From an uncultured Verrucomicrobiae bacterium (GTDB lineage: Bacteria > Verrucomicrobiota > Verrucomicrobiia > Chthoniobacterales > UBA10450), in contig CAVTMK010000001.1 of NCBI GenBank assembly GCA_963735805.1, positions 160,001 to 224,000 of the forward strand: 64,000 bases of DNA. The letters run 5' to 3'. Position 1 is the stretch's first letter. Every line of letters begins with the position of its first letter. The position numbers were made by a program, and so were the translations under genes. This document shows, piece by piece, positions 62,741-64,000 of the stretch. The notes beneath the pieces are model-generated. The model was not told the DNA's origin. It saw nothing but the letters and a program-made list of their open reading frames with translations, and made no database searches.

Positions 62741-64000
62741 TTATCTTCTACGACTGCCACTCCCGAGAATTCCTCCTAGAATCCCGCGAGCGATTTGCCG
62801 GCCGATTGAGCTGCTGGCAGCGCGCATTGCACTTTTTACCATGGAAGTTGCCATCGAATCATAGCGTCCTCCGCGTGGTCCGATTTTCGGTTGGAACGCA
62901 GCCGCAGCGGTGCCGAGGGCTTCAGCCAGTATGGAAGGCTTCTCCCCCTCAGGCGGTGGGGGGCTTCCAGCTACTGGCGGTGCACCGGCGGTTTGCGTTT
63001 TTTCACCTGCTCTGGACTGGAGTATTTCGTAAGCCGACTCCCGATCGATCGCTTTCTCATAATGCCCGGAAACAATAGATGAAGCGATGATCTCTTTGCG
63101 TTGATCGGCCGTGATTGCTCCGACTTGACTGCGCGGCGGAACAATTTTCGCTCGCTCGACAATTTCTGGACTGCCATTTTCGTCCAGCATTGAAACAAGC
63201 GCCTCACCAACCGCGAGCTGGCTCAACACCGTCTCGGCCTTTAGCTTTGGATTTTGCCGGAAAGTTTCCGCAGCGGCTTTAACCGCTTTCTGATCCCTCG
63301 GAGTAAACGCGCGCAATGCGTGCTGCACTCGATTCCCCAGCTGGCCCAGCACAACGTCAGGGATATCGAGAGGGTTTTGGCTAACGAAATAAACGCCGAC
63401 ACCTTTAGAGCGGATCAGTCGTACCATTTGCTCGATTTTTTGCTCTACTGCCGGCGAGATATCAGCGAAAAGCAGGTGCGCCTCGTCAAAGAAGAAAACC
63501 AACTTCGGTTTTTCCGGATCACCGATTTCTGGAAGATTCTCGAACAACTCGGAGAGCATCCAAAGCAGAAATGTCGCATAAACCTTTGGCGACTTTTGCA
63601 TCAACTTGTCCGCGGCGAGGATATTGACCACTCCTTTGCCGGCCTGCGCTTGGATCAGGTCGTCGAGATTAAGCGCAGGTTCGCCGAAAAATTTATCCGC
63701 GCCTTGTGATTCAAGCGCGAGGAGACTGCGCTGGATCGCCCCGGCACTTGCGGCGGAGACATTCCCATACTGGGTCTTAAATTGGTCGGCATTGTCCGCC
63801 ACGTACTGTAACATCGAACGCAGATCCTTGAGATCGAGCAAGAGCAATCCATTTTCGTCGGCGATCTTAAACACCATGTTGAGCACGCCTTCCTGGGTGT
63901 CATTCAATTCGAGTAGCCGCGCGAGCAAAAGCGGACCCATTTCGGAAACGGTCGCGCGCACCGGGTGACCTTGCTCGCCGAATACGTCCCAAAAAACCAC
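62741..64000 (-). CDS. DUF853/YjgR HerA-like ATPase, 5' end outside window
   Basis: [41 protein letters not shown]. Confidence 0.93.
   Translation of the reverse strand: MVFWDVFGEQGHPVRATVSEMGPLLLARLLELNDTQEGVLNMVFKIADENGLLLLDLKDLRSMLQYVADNADQFKTQYGNVSAASAGAIQRSLLALESQGADKFFGEPALNLDDLIQAQAGKGVVNILAADKLMQKSPKVYATFLLWMLSELFENLPEIGDPEKPKLVFFFDEAHLLFADISPAVEQKIEQMVRLIRSKGVGVYFVSQNPLDIPDVVLGQLGNRVQHALRAFTPRDQKAVKAAAETFRQNPKLKAETVLSQLAVGEALVSMLDENGSPEIVERAKIVPPRSQVGAITADQRKEIIASSIVSGHYEKAIDRESAYEILQSRAGEKTQTAGAPPVAGSPPPPEGEKPSILAEALGTAAAAFQPKIGPRGGRYDSMATSMVKSAMRAASSSIGRQIARGILGGILGSGSRRR

Noticed and set aside
62741..64000. HerA-type anti-phage system
   Set aside because: Motifs fit the common DUF853/YjgR family and no partner nuclease or Sir2 is visible; upstream context is outside the window.

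Overview
64-kb bacterial chromosomal window. Gene content, synteny (kdsA-lptCAB...hprK-ptsH-ptsI; coaD-yceD-rpmF-plsX-fabH) and the 23S sequence suggest a soil Verrucomicrobiota, probably Chthoniobacterales/Ca. Udaeobacter-like (inference, no database search). 1-3300: minus-strand integron cassette array with five attC-like sites (some decayed), an unusually long L'-R' spacer and no integrase in the window; it starts at a half-attC abutting an SDR gene. 3.3-43.4 kb: mostly housekeeping (GH18/CE4/GT2 fusion, garK, gatB, aroC, CBS/CGL, rpsA, surE, asnS, speA, PTS genes, fluoride riboswitch-crcB, lpt genes, kdsA, coaD, plsX, fabH, tatD, gmd, rph), with REP-like palindromes and 7-8-bp-unit repeat arrays between genes. 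One array pair flanks a frameshifted four-helix-bundle gene like terminal inverted repeats. 43.6-54.6 kb: glycan-modification cluster (sulfotransferase-coiled coil-GT2-GT4 protein, two more sulfotransferases, three methyltransferases, NarX/NarL-type pair); two methyltransferases share an unrecognised ~85-aa domain. 54.7-58.5 kb: 23S-5S unit with its own promoter, no 16S upstream, and a 127-nt helix 63. The window ends with a CyaC-like cyclase, KTSC protein, ferritin, methyltransferase and a partial DUF853 ATPase. Best candidates for undescribed biology: the four-helix-bundle/heptamer element family, the atypical attC array, the sulfate-capping ruler polymerase cluster and the H63 insert.
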